Positions 18,298-27,899 are shown, counted from the first letter of the stretch. The stretch: DNA of 64,000 bases from Candidatus Gottesmanbacteria bacterium RIFCSPLOWO2_01_FULL_43_11b (GCA_001780985.1 MFJV01000001.1:428049-492048); one strand, 5' to 3'. The notes: a model not told the origin generated them from the sequence alone. A program made the numbers and translations.

Positions 18298-18619
18298 ATT
18301 CTTTTCTCCCTCTTCTCTCTCCATAAACCTCTTTCTTCGTTCTAGGTAAGTACTTCACCAGAGCATTGAAGGTTTTGTAAACGGCGCAGAGGACTTGATA
18401 TAATCTCACTTCATGTTGCCGTTCCTTCTTGCGATCTTCATCGGGACGGGAAACCGCTTGTTTCGCCCTCAGATCGTCGCTCTTGCGGTAGGTCGCGTTT
18501 GCTCTACGCTACTCTATCCCGTTAGGCATCAAAAATGCCTTACTCGTTTCTCTTCTGGGGGCACCAGGAGAGAAACCAATAAGGCATCTCAACTCCTGTG
18601 TGCCCCCATTTTTTTCCAC

Positions 18620-18652
18620 AAAAAAACCGACGAAGAGAGAATCTTCGTCGGC
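18620..18652 (-). terminator. Intrinsic terminator
   Basis: CCGACGAAGA/TCTTCGTCGG stem followed by a T run on the minus strand. Confidence 0.7.
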
Positions 18653-18783
18653 AAATCTAATAATTTACCCTATTGTGAGTGTAGACCAAAAAAAATATTT
18701 GTCAAGAGGGATTTTATTGTCAGAACAATCTATATTATGGTATTCACAACAGTATTATTTTTACTTTTGCCTTCGGTTTGAAT

Positions 18784-19008
18784 CTAAAATGGGAGAATTT
18801 GAGAGGATTTTATGTGAAGCGAACGGCAAATTGCATAAATCTTTTCAAGTGTTGGTCGCGCCATTCCGTTTTCAATTTTACTGAAATAGGAGGGTTCAAT
18901 CCCTGCTTCAACTGCAACGTCAAGTGATTTTCTCTTTTGAGCCTTCCTCAAGCGTTTTACATTGACACCAATTGCCTTGAGCATTTGTCGCGACAGTCGG
19001 TACGCCAT
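18784..19008 (-). CDS. XRE-family HTH regulator
   Basis: IGVNVKRLRK...VAVEAGIEPSYFSKIENG..RPTL. Confidence 0.9.
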   Translation of the reverse strand: MAYRLSRQMLKAIGVNVKRLRKAQKRKSLDVAVEAGIEPSYFSKIENGMARPTLEKIYAICRSLHIKSSQILPF

Positions 19009-19119
19009 ATGGCAAGATTGTCGCAAAAGTTGTTCTATTAAACTTGTGATTTACAACCATTTTGAAGCTATGTTTGAGCTTGATTATTTTTCCAATTTGA
19101 TGTAGGTTCATGGAAGGAT

Positions 19120-19761
19120 ATGGCCGAAGATCAGAGAGATCCAATTGTTGTAATGCAACGGTATAAAACTCCAACAGCAATTATTATTTTCCTTATTTTG
19201 GGAATTTGGCTTTTTGCTAGAATAATTCAATACTCTTTTCAAGCGAGAGGTGCAACAGAGAAAAAAGCTACAAACAACAATACTTTTTTACCCATGCCGT
19301 CTTCCACAATCATGCCTTCAACCACCTCAATGGGGGAAGTTACTATCGAGCCAGAAAAAACGATTACAACAAGGAGAATTGTCAAAGGTAGTACTCCAAA
19401 AGGAATTGAGTTCTATGAAAAAGTTGATACATTACGGAAACAGGGGAGGGTTAACGGAGAACTTTGCACAGAATTCGAGTCTGATGCGATCGTTGATGTG
19501 AACCCAAAGATGCAATCGGTCCAGATGAGCCTGATGTATCCCTCAATTATCGAAAATGTTGACGATTCAGACAAAGCACTTATATTGAATGACTTTAATG
19601 TGATAAAAGCTCTAGCAGAGCAAGATCCGAGCCTTATTCTTTCGGATTACGGGACATTGCGATTGTTCGTATTAACCTTCCACGACAGCTCATGTATAGC
19701 TAAAGGAGAATTACAGAAAATGATGATTGATGCAGAGCCTCAATGGATTGATTGGAAGTAG
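19120..19761 (+). CDS. Hypothetical membrane-anchored protein
   Basis: N-terminal TM helix, S/T-rich linker. Confidence 0.7.
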   Translation: MAEDQRDPIVVMQRYKTPTAIIIFLILGIWLFARIIQYSFQARGATEKKATNNNTFLPMPSSTIMPSTTSMGEVTIEPEKTITTRRIVKGSTPKGIEFYEKVDTLRKQGRVNGELCTEFESDAIVDVNPKMQSVQMSLMYPSIIENVDDSDKALILNDFNVIKALAEQDPSLILSDYGTLRLFVLTFHDSSCIAKGELQKMMIDAEPQWIDWK

Positions 19762-19769
19762 GAGGTACG

Positions 19770-19949
19770 ATGTTTCTCTTCAAGAAAAAATGTCCTCGCT
19801 GTGATAGCACAAATATAAATAGAGTTAACCCTAGTCTATGGAGAAAATTTATGGACTTACAATATCAAGCATTAACTTGGGGCATCAGGAAGCCTTCTAA
19901 AGCACTCAACGTATGTCGCGATTGCGGATTCTCATGGGAAGATAGATAA
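19770..19949 (+). CDS. Small zinc-ribbon protein
   Basis: CPRC...CRDCG; GGAGG upstream of ATG. Confidence 0.7.
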   Translation: MFLFKKKCPRCDSTNINRVNPSLWRKFMDLQYQALTWGIRKPSKALNVCRDCGFSWEDR

Positions 19950-20339
19950 AGAATTTTGAGATTGTACCCCATGTTTTTGAGGCGCCCTCCGTACCATTCT
20001 CTGGTTACTCTTACAGAGTTTAAAAACCAGGGGGAATGGTAACCGAAAAGCTCATGTTTTTCTTTTATCCTATTACTTAAATCACACTATGTTTCGTGAA
20101 TAGATTCATAGACGTCAAGTATTTTTCAGCGAAATAACCGCTTGAAAGCGAGCTGCTCTGGTCAAAATGCCTCCTTTTGAGAGCAAAGGATACAAATAAG
20201 ACCTCATGTCAAATCTATAGTCAAGTCTTTTTTGGAGCATTCTATGACAAGTCATCGTCCTTACATAAAAAGTTAAAGACCTGTAGAAATTTCTAAATCA
20301 GAAGAATTATTGAAGCTCAAGTAAGTCTTTCGTGTTTTT

Positions 20340-21626
20340 CTAAGGATCATACTCAAACATTTCAAAAAAAGGGCTTCCCCAGTCCTCACCGTAAATCTCT
20401 TTGACTTTCTCCAAATGTTTTTTTGAAGCGCTTCGTTCTATTTTGTCCAAGTAGTTCAAAAAAACATTGATGTCTAGCTGTGAGAAGAACTGAGTATGTA
20501 ACCCCAAGCGTGTTTTGACGGGTTCCTCTTTCAGATATGTGTGGCATTCCTTATCGACAAACATCGCGTCACAATACGGGGCAAGCGAAGCGATTGTTTT
20601 AACGTCGTTTACAAAACCTCGTGTCGGTGGCTTTTTCTTCCCTGAAGCAGCTTTTCTTGCCACCGCTGCAAATAACATTGCAGAAATACGACCATATGAC
20701 ACCTCTTTTATATCTTCTGATTTGAAGTACTCCGTAGTTTTTAGTAATAATTGGTCTTCAGGTGTGCCTTTTTCTTTTAACTCATCTTGGATCTCCGATA
20801 CCAACGTGACCGTCGATGAAGGCAATAACCAATCTAACCTTGCGTTTGGATCTCCCATAGCAGCACTGTAGTGTCGCTGGAGACTTTGAAGATATGATTT
20901 GAGTATCATAATTCCAAACTGACCAACCTCTTCTTCGTACCAGTCATTGAAAACCTTACCTTTTTCTGACTGCCACCGTTTGAATACTGTTTGCATATAC
21001 GAATCTATCTGATCACGATCGCTTCGTATTCGCTCTGGTAGATCTTTATCTTGGCCAAACATATCTACTGAAATTCGTATTCTATCCTGCCAACCATCAA
21101 TGTCATCTCCATGCAAAACCGAATATAAATCTATCTCTTGAGTTTTTTTACCTAACCACTTCCTAAAATTCACAATAATTTGAAATCTTTTGATTGTTTC
21201 TTCGTCGTAAAACGACACACCATTTGAAAGGTGTTCATACATCCGACGAAGAAGTTGGTAGTGAGGCGTTACCAAGGACTCGTGTAGATGTGTAGTAGAG
21301 TCTGGACATATGATTAGTTGCAGTTTTACTAATCGATCAAGTTTAGCGAAAACCTCTTTCCACACACCTTTGACTCTTACTCTCCTTGTGATCTCTGTGG
21401 TAGGATGGAGGAGTTTCATCATCTCGCTAATGACCATTTGGTCTAGATAAATGACTTTTTTCTTGAGTTTGGGTAGCGAATACGATTCCGTATGCCAACA
21501 AGCTCGACACCTACGCGTATAACTAAAACTATGAATTGATATTACTCCATAGTCGGGTTTTTTACATTTTGGACATTCTACGTAGGGTGGGCTAATAAAT
21601 ATTCTTGGATCTATTGTAATTCTCAT
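20340..21626 (-). CDS. Hypothetical protein: zinc ribbon plus PIN-like nuclease fold
   Basis: CPKC/CRAC; IYLDQ, HES, ND..I, PYCDAMFVD acidic pattern. Confidence 0.6.
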   Translation of the reverse strand: MRITIDPRIFISPPYVECPKCKKPDYGVISIHSFSYTRRCRACWHTESYSLPKLKKKVIYLDQMVISEMMKLLHPTTEITRRVRVKGVWKEVFAKLDRLVKLQLIICPDSTTHLHESLVTPHYQLLRRMYEHLSNGVSFYDEETIKRFQIIVNFRKWLGKKTQEIDLYSVLHGDDIDGWQDRIRISVDMFGQDKDLPERIRSDRDQIDSYMQTVFKRWQSEKGKVFNDWYEEEVGQFGIMILKSYLQSLQRHYSAAMGDPNARLDWLLPSSTVTLVSEIQDELKEKGTPEDQLLLKTTEYFKSEDIKEVSYGRISAMLFAAVARKAASGKKKPPTRGFVNDVKTIASLAPYCDAMFVDKECHTYLKEEPVKTRLGLHTQFFSQLDINVFLNYLDKIERSASKKHLEKVKEIYGEDWGSPFFEMFEYDP

Positions 21627-21690
21627 TCCTTCCCTCTGTTTGTTCTCATGGCAGTCATTATATACCCAATGGTGATATAATTTAGCAAGT

Positions 21691-22302
21691 ATGGAAACCA
21701 CGCCTAGCGGAAATTTTTTCCTTCAATATGGTAGCTTAATCGGAACGATTATTGCGTCCATTACTGCATTGGGAATAGCAATATGGGGTAGATGGTTAAG
21801 AAGTTTACCGTTCAGACCAGAATTGAAGATTGTTGACCTGATAAGCCGAAATCAAACGCCAAGTCTTAATCTTTGGAGATTAGTCATCAAAAACATCGGA
21901 AACGATACGGCAAAAAATGTACAAGTAGATATCATAGAGGTTGTCGACGATGGTAAAAAATTAAGGAAAAATTTCCTTCCGCTTCCCTTACGCTGGACGC
22001 ATTTAGATAAAGAGTGTCGAGATATCCTTCCTGATCAGACGGTCTATCTCGATCTTTTTGAACATATTAACCGAGGGCCGTTGGGGAACATGCAGCATTT
22101 CGTTCGTTTTGGGACAAGATACGCACAAGAGATTCAACATTTTTGCTTCTTAAATCCTGGGAAATCCAAGGTAAAAATCAAGTTATTCCAAGAAAATGGA
22201 GTATCCTTTGAAACAACTGTAGACACGGATTGGGACGGAACACTCTTGTTTGACGCTAAGCGGAAAGGTGGCAATTGGCTTTGGAGGAATAAGAACGAGT
22301 AG
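21691..22302 (+). CDS. Hypothetical protein with N-terminal TM helix
   Basis: 203-aa ORF; IKNIG..TAKNV Ig-like strand pattern. Confidence 0.65.
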   Translation: METTPSGNFFLQYGSLIGTIIASITALGIAIWGRWLRSLPFRPELKIVDLISRNQTPSLNLWRLVIKNIGNDTAKNVQVDIIEVVDDGKKLRKNFLPLPLRWTHLDKECRDILPDQTVYLDLFEHINRGPLGNMQHFVRFGTRYAQEIQHFCFLNPGKSKVKIKLFQENGVSFETTVDTDWDGTLLFDAKRKGGNWLWRNKNE

Positions 22303-22423
22303 ACATCTAAGTCACGAGCCCAAATGAGGCGGTTCTGTCAGGCGAGAGGAAATAGGTTCTGATTTCTTGGAGGCCCCGCAACACATTCGACTCGCATCGC
22401 CCACTCAGTGCGAGCCAATACAC

Positions 22424-22452
22424 AAAAAAGCGACCACGAGGGTCGCTTTTTT
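22424..22452. terminator. Bidirectional intrinsic terminator
   Basis: AAAAAAGCGACC-ACGAG-GGTCGCTTTTTT. Confidence 0.85.
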
Positions 22453-22469
22453 ATTTGTATATAAATATA

Positions 22470-22805
22470 TTACCAAGTGCGTCCGCCTCGATCATTTCGT
22501 CCCCTGTCTCCTCCTCTTCTGTCAAACCCTCCACCACCTCCTCGATTTTCTCTTGGGGCCAAAGGTTTGGCTTCATTGACCACTATCGTCCGGCCATCTA
22601 ATTGTTTCCCATTTAACTCTGCTATCGCTTTGCGCGCCTCGTCATCAGTGCTCATTTCAACAAATCCGAATCCCCGTGATTTTCCGGAAAATTTATCGGT
22701 AATAATAGTTGCTGATGTCACTGAGCCTACTCCGCCAAAAAAAGAGCGGAGCGAATCTTCAGTCGTATCCCAACTGAGTCCCCCAACAAATAATTTAACT
22801 GCCAT
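22470..22805 (-). CDS. RRM RNA-binding protein with Gly/Arg-rich tail
   Basis: RNP2 LFVGGL, RNP1 RGFGFVEM. Confidence 0.95.
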   Translation of the reverse strand: MAVKLFVGGLSWDTTEDSLRSFFGGVGSVTSATIITDKFSGKSRGFGFVEMSTDDEARKAIAELNGKQLDGRTIVVNEAKPLAPRENRGGGGGFDRRGGDRGRNDRGGRTW

Positions 22806-22923
22806 ATATTTTCACCTCCAGACTTTCCCTCTCTGCTTCGTACGTGTCCTTTATGGGGAACCGTCTACGAACTGAATGGGTAGAATAGCCCTATTGTACC
22901 GCATCTGATAAAATAGAGGAAAT

Positions 22924-22995
22924 GTCAGGGTAGCTCAGTGGTAGAGCACCAGTATCATAAACTGGTCGTCGAGAGTTCGATCCTCTCCCCTGACA
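22924..22995 (+). tRNA. tRNA with CAT anticodon (elongator Met or Ile2)
   Basis: GTCAGGG/CCCTGAC acceptor, TAGCTCAGTGGTAGAGC D arm, CCAGT-ATCATAA-ACTGG, GAGAG-TTCGATC-CTCTC. Confidence 0.93.
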
Positions 22996-23089
22996 CAAGA
23001 GTTTTGTTTTGAGGCCGCCACGCGGCCGAAATCCCGCCACGCGGGACGATCCATGCCGCTGGCACTTCGTTTACTCAGTGCAAGCACTT

Positions 23090-23455
23090 TTAGAAAAACA
23101 ACTTCCACCACTTCTTCCAATTTGGCAATTCTTCTGGTTTTTCCGTTTCTTGTTTACTATTTTCTAACATCGGTACCAACACAATCGCTTCCCCCTCTTT
23201 AATTAGTCCTAAATCCTCCCGTGCGGATTTCTCAATAAATTCAGGACTTTGCGCCTGATTCAGTTTCTTTTTGAGCTCCTCCTGTTTCTTCTCAAGATCC
23301 AGTAATACTTCTCTTCTTTCATTTACGATGTCTCTTTTTTGCCACAGTGAGTACATACTCCGAATAACGCCGACTATCACAAAAATGCTAACGAGCGTTC
23401 CGACCAATCGGAAGAGTCGACTTTTGAAAAATTTTACGATCTTGTATCCCATCAT
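23090..23455 (-). CDS. Septum formation initiator (FtsB/DivIC-like)
   Basis: TM + coiled coil + FIEKSAREDLGLIKEGE. Confidence 0.85.
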   Translation of the reverse strand: MMGYKIVKFFKSRLFRLVGTLVSIFVIVGVIRSMYSLWQKRDIVNERREVLLDLEKKQEELKKKLNQAQSPEFIEKSAREDLGLIKEGEAIVLVPMLENSKQETEKPEELPNWKKWWKLFF

Positions 23456-23513
23456 TTTCTATGATATTATAGGCCCTTGCTTACGCAAACAAGCTCTCAA
23501 TCCTGCTTTTTAT

Positions 23514-24374
23514 ATGGCTCTTGATCTTAAGACCGCTCATAAACAGTTCTTGGAGTACCTCGGTTCCCGAAGACGCGCGCGTGCAACTATCGTAGCATAC
23601 GGAAAAGATATCGAACAGCTCACGAGCTTCCTCGGGAACATGGGCAAAAAAGATATTACCGAAGTAAAACGGGAAGAGCTCGAGGCATTCCTTAAAAAAC
23701 TCTCGGCCGATAACTACACACCCAAATCAATCTCGCGAAAAATTAACTCCATGAAAACTTTTTACCGGTTCCTTAAGGCAAGTAGTGCAGTGACTGTTGA
23801 CCCAAGTCTTGATATTGAACACCCCAAATATGAGGTCAAACCGCCCCGCGTTCTCTCGAAACTCGAATACAGGGCGCTTCGCGATGCATGCCGGGGAGAT
23901 ATAAGAATCCATGCAATCGTAGAACTCTTTCTCCAAACAGGTATTCGGATCGGCGAACTAGCCAATCTCACCCTTGAAGACATTCTAGATAGCGAACTCC
24001 ACGTTGCTTCCCAAGAAGGCCATGAGGAGCGAAACGTTCCCTTAAATCGTGCGGCAAAAGAAGCTGTGGGAAACTATATTAGAATCCGCGATAAAGCAGC
24101 CAAATCCAAAGCCTTATTTATCACAAAAACAGGTCGGGCGCTTCTTATAAGAAATATCCGAACCGCAATTGACCGATACTTTCGCATTGCAGGAATTGAA
24201 GACGCAAAGGTCAACGATCTTCGCCATACCTTTATCGCCCATCATTTAATGGCCGGCACACCGATCACAACACTGTCTAAGTTTGTCGGCCACAAGCGCC
24301 TCTCGACAACCGAAAAATACCTCGACTTGATAAAAGACAAACAAGTCGAAAACGTCAAACTGGAAGAGCTGTAA
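23514..24374 (+). CDS. XerC/XerD-like tyrosine recombinase
   Basis: SAM-like N domain, TGIRIGEL, LRHTF, VGH, TTEKY; start MALDL. Confidence 0.88.
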   Translation: MALDLKTAHKQFLEYLGSRRRARATIVAYGKDIEQLTSFLGNMGKKDITEVKREELEAFLKKLSADNYTPKSISRKINSMKTFYRFLKASSAVTVDPSLDIEHPKYEVKPPRVLSKLEYRALRDACRGDIRIHAIVELFLQTGIRIGELANLTLEDILDSELHVASQEGHEERNVPLNRAAKEAVGNYIRIRDKAAKSKALFITKTGRALLIRNIRTAIDRYFRIAGIEDAKVNDLRHTFIAHHLMAGTPITTLSKFVGHKRLSTTEKYLDLIKDKQVENVKLEEL

Positions 24375-24395
24375 AGACTACGATACAATTGCCTC

Positions 24396-26483
24396 ATGGA
24401 TAAAGCGTATGATTCCAAGTTAGTCGAAGGAAAAATCTACAGGATGTGGGAAAAGGGCGGTTACTTTAAACCGAAGATCGATAAAAAGAAAAAACCATTC
24501 ACTATTATTCTCCCTCCTCCTAATGCCAACGCAGATTTACATCTTGGCCACGCGATGTATGTTATTGAGGATATCATGACCCGCTACCACAGAATGATTG
24601 GCGATCCGACACTTTGGCTTCCGGGCGCAGACCACGCAGGATTTGAGACACAGTATGTCTTTGAAAAAGAGCTTGCTAAAAAAGACAAAAGCCGTTTTGA
24701 TTTTCCGCGGGATGTGCTTTACAAAATGATTTGGGATTTTGTCCATGAAAACCGAGGAAAAATGGAAAATCAGCTTCGACGGCTTGGGTTTTCACTCGAC
24801 TGGAGCAGGAATGTCTTCACCCTTGATCAAACAGTCGTTACAACGGTTTACACGACCTTTAAACGGCTCTTTGATGAGGGCTTGGTATATCGGGGATTAC
24901 GATTAGTGAATTATTGCACAAAAGATGGTACTGGGTTTTCTGATCTTGAAGTAAAACATGTCGAGCGAGCTGATCCTTTGTATTACATGAAATACGGCCC
25001 GTTTATTTTGGCAACCGTGCGGCCGGAAACCAAATTCGGCGATACTGCAGTTGCAGTAAACCCCAAAGACAAACGCTATAAAAAATGGATAGGCAAAGAA
25101 ATTGAAGTCGAGGGTTTGCTTAGAAAATTCAAAATGAAAGTTGTTGGAGACGATGCGATTGACCCTTCTTTTGGAACCGGTGTAGCAAAAGTCACCCCCA
25201 GCCATGACTTTACGGATTATGAAATTGCCAAGCGCCACAACCTCCCAATGAAGCAGGTTATCGGATTTGATGGCCGTCTTACAGATATTGCCGGCCCGTA
25301 TGCGGGGCTCAAAGTAAAAACAGCGCGGGAAAAAGTTGTTGAGGAGATGAAAACGAGGGGCATGATCGACCACATCGATGAAAACTACACCCACACTGTG
25401 GCGACATGCTACAAATGCGGCACTGTCATTGAGCCGCTACCTTTGGAACAGTGGTATGTAAAAATCAAACCGTTAGCAACGCAAGCAACAAAAGCAATTA
25501 AAGAGAAAAAAATTGCCGTTGTGCCGAGGCGATTTGAAAAACACATGATCCAGTGGTTAACAAATTTTGCGGACTGGAACATAAGCCGTCAGCTTGTTTG
25601 GGGTATGAGAATACCTGCATGGAAATGCCAATCTTGTAACGAGTGGACTGTAACCGAAGGTGAAGAACCGAATCAATGTTCAAAATGTCATAAAACGAAA
25701 TTGCAACAAGATACGGATACTTTTGATACGTGGTTTAGCAGTGGTCAATGGCCCTTCGCCACGCTTCGCGTGGCTCAGGGTAAACTCTCAGATTTCCGTA
25801 GTAATGACTTCAATTATTTTTATCCAACATCTGTGATGGAAACGGCGTATGATATTTTGCCGTGGTGGGTATGCCGGATGATTATGCTTGGTCTCTATGT
25901 TACCAACGATGTCCCATTTCGAACTGTCTACTACCACGGTCTCATTCGAGATAGTAAAGGCCAGAAAATGAGTAAAAGTAAAGGTAACGTGCTCAATCCG
26001 CTCAGGCTCATTGATCAGTACGGGGCTGATGCGCTCCGTTTCTCGCTTGTTTTCGGTACTGCTGCAGGCAACGATCAATCTATCTCTGAAGACAAAATCC
26101 GTGGCATGCGTAATTTTGCAAATAAGCTGTGGAATGCAGCCCGTTTTGTGACTCTTTTGCAATCAGAAACAAAAAAAGGCCAACAAGATATTACGTTTAA
26201 AAAAGAAATGGACAGAATCATACATAAAGTTACAAGCTATATGGATAAATTCAACTTTAATGCAGCGTCTGAACTTCTCTACGAGAGTTTCTGGCATTGG
26301 TATTGTGACCAAATAATAGAACAAGCAAAAAATGGAAAAATTTCTAAAACGGTTTTACACGAAGGACTCCTTAGCTATCTCAAACTCCTTCACCCCTTCA
26401 TGCCCTTTGTGACAGAAGAGCTCTACCAAAAAATGCCGGGCTGGAACGGTACACCCCTTATTGTGTCAAGTTGGCCAGTGTAG
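24396..26483 (+). CDS. valS: Valine--tRNA ligase (lacks C-terminal coiled-coil arm)
   Basis: PPPN...LHLGHA, PGADHAG, DWNISRQLVWG, DTWFSS, KMSKS. Confidence 0.97.
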   Translation: MDKAYDSKLVEGKIYRMWEKGGYFKPKIDKKKKPFTIILPPPNANADLHLGHAMYVIEDIMTRYHRMIGDPTLWLPGADHAGFETQYVFEKELAKKDKSRFDFPRDVLYKMIWDFVHENRGKMENQLRRLGFSLDWSRNVFTLDQTVVTTVYTTFKRLFDEGLVYRGLRLVNYCTKDGTGFSDLEVKHVERADPLYYMKYGPFILATVRPETKFGDTAVAVNPKDKRYKKWIGKEIEVEGLLRKFKMKVVGDDAIDPSFGTGVAKVTPSHDFTDYEIAKRHNLPMKQVIGFDGRLTDIAGPYAGLKVKTAREKVVEEMKTRGMIDHIDENYTHTVATCYKCGTVIEPLPLEQWYVKIKPLATQATKAIKEKKIAVVPRRFEKHMIQWLTNFADWNISRQLVWGMRIPAWKCQSCNEWTVTEGEEPNQCSKCHKTKLQQDTDTFDTWFSSGQWPFATLRVAQGKLSDFRSNDFNYFYPTSVMETAYDILPWWVCRMIMLGLYVTNDVPFRTVYYHGLIRDSKGQKMSKSKGNVLNPLRLIDQYGADALRFSLVFGTAAGNDQSISEDKIRGMRNFANKLWNAARFVTLLQSETKKGQQDITFKKEMDRIIHKVTSYMDKFNFNAASELLYESFWHWYCDQIIEQAKNGKISKTVLHEGLLSYLKLLHPFMPFVTEELYQKMPGWNGTPLIVSSWPV
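25752..25785. repeat. REP-like hairpin inside valS
   Basis: CCCT-TC-GCCACGC-TTC-GCGTGGC-TC-AGGG-TAAAC; same architecture as intergenic 52049-52072. Confidence 0.75.
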
Positions 26484-26486
26484 GGT

Positions 26487-27014
26487 ATGTCAGAGCAGCA
26501 AACAAATTGGTACATAAATAGAGATCCCCGAAATCGGATCAATTATGGTGACCCACGAGCGCTTTATTGGCATCAGTATAGAACCGCATATGAAGCAGTT
26601 CGTTCGAGATTGTCACCAGGACAACCGATACCACCGGACCTACCTGTTTTATTCCTTGGCAACAACACCCTGAATGGTTTTAACTTTGACATTAGGAAAA
26701 AAGATAGAGCGCCAATTATGGGATTTAATTTCCCAGGAAAATCAGTAAGTATCGGTTTTAGCAATGATATTCATGTTGTTTCAGGAGCAATATTAGATAA
26801 AGATGCCAAACGGCAAGATCATTTGTTTATTGTCCCACGAGCTGATCTATTCCAAGAGTTAGGATATGCGGTAGTCTATCTTCCAACTCCAAATCAACCC
26901 CTGCATTGTCGAATCGTTCATTCGATGCACATTCAAAATCCTTCAATGCATCTTCCTCCCTTTCGAGACAGAGTAGCTCTCGCGAAATTATTTCAACAAC
27001 ACAAAGTAGCCTAA
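26487..27014 (+). CDS. Hypothetical protein
   Basis: 175-aa ORF 3 nt after valS. Confidence 0.6.
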   Translation: MSEQQTNWYINRDPRNRINYGDPRALYWHQYRTAYEAVRSRLSPGQPIPPDLPVLFLGNNTLNGFNFDIRKKDRAPIMGFNFPGKSVSIGFSNDIHVVSGAILDKDAKRQDHLFIVPRADLFQELGYAVVYLPTPNQPLHCRIVHSMHIQNPSMHLPPFRDRVALAKLFQQHKVA

Positions 27015-27026
27015 CTCACCTGTATT

Positions 27027-27809
27027 TCAGGGATTTGCGGCTGATGGGGTAGAATTTGAGGTCTGTAACTCTATAGTTTCAAGAATCTGATCAAAAAGGA
27101 GATCGTCGTCTGCAAAATCCGAAGTTATCCCGGCCGGAGCGAAATGGTTGAATTCGACGGTCTGCGTATCGCCTGCTCCTACCATAAATCCGCGCATTTG
27201 CGTGAATGTGTAGCCTCCGGTTGTTGATCCGCGAAAATTACCGCTATATTCAATTGCAGGGCTTCCTGAAACCGTTGCTTCGTGGCTTGTAAACGGCCGA
27301 CCAGCGCTGTCTGTGATAATTGCGGTTTGCATATACGAAAGACTTGTTTGCCGGACTGATGTCGTAAACCGCGTGCCTCCAGGAAGATACGTGCCCATAG
27401 ACGCACAGCTGGCTCCGTCACAGACAGGCGCAAGCACCTCGGGCGGGAGTTTATAAGAAAGACCACCGATCGTGTATAAAGTCCACAGTGCTGTCGGATC
27501 TTTTGGAGTTGGCGTCGGAATTTCAATAACTTCCTGCTCTGTCACTGGTTCCTGTTCAATTCCCGTGGGTAAAAACTGACGAAGAATGGTGCTTAGCCAC
27601 ATTCCAAGAACAAAAAGGGTTGCGAAAAAAATTAAATTACCGATAAAACCGAAAAATTTCTTAAAAAAAGACGGTTTTTTGGGAGGAGGCGGTGCTTGTG
27701 GTGTCGGTGGTGCCGGTGTTACTGGAGGTGTTTTGGGAGCCTCAGCAATCGGCTCAATCAAAGGCGTTTCTTCATACTCTAAAGATTTTTGGGCAGATGG
27801 GTCATCCAT
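27027..27809 (-). CDS. Single-pass membrane protein, Pro-rich N-terminus (PsbP-like C domain possible)
   Basis: Pro-rich tract, TM helix, C-terminal FDQILETIEL. Confidence 0.75.
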   Translation of the reverse strand: MDDPSAQKSLEYEETPLIEPIAEAPKTPPVTPAPPTPQAPPPPKKPSFFKKFFGFIGNLIFFATLFVLGMWLSTILRQFLPTGIEQEPVTEQEVIEIPTPTPKDPTALWTLYTIGGLSYKLPPEVLAPVCDGASCASMGTYLPGGTRFTTSVRQTSLSYMQTAIITDSAGRPFTSHEATVSGSPAIEYSGNFRGSTTGGYTFTQMRGFMVGAGDTQTVEFNHFAPAGITSDFADDDLLFDQILETIELQTSNSTPSAANP

Positions 27810-27899
27810 AACACTAGTATTGTTTCATGGAAAATAAAGTATTGTCAAACCACAAAACTAGACAGAATACCGAACTCATGTGTAGAATCCAAAGGCAAT

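Larger units (their letters stand above)
16144..22383. mobile_element. Integrative island of about 6.2 kb inserted in the tRNA-Met 3' end
   Basis: 13-bp direct repeat AGGCCCCGCAACA at 16144-16156 and 22371-22383; integrase, XRE and RHH regulators inside. Confidence 0.88.

Noticed and set aside
18430-18480. CTGAG...CGAAAC hairpin as a hammerhead ribozyme
   Set aside because: Lacks the CUGAnGA core and three-way junction.
18413-18884. Plus-strand ORFs in the island control region
   Set aside because: Overlap hairpins, terminators and the XRE gene; no recognisable protein features.
23514-24374. Tyrosine recombinase as integrase of a second island at the 22924 tRNA
   Set aside because: Flanked by housekeeping genes; no duplicated tRNA 3' end found.
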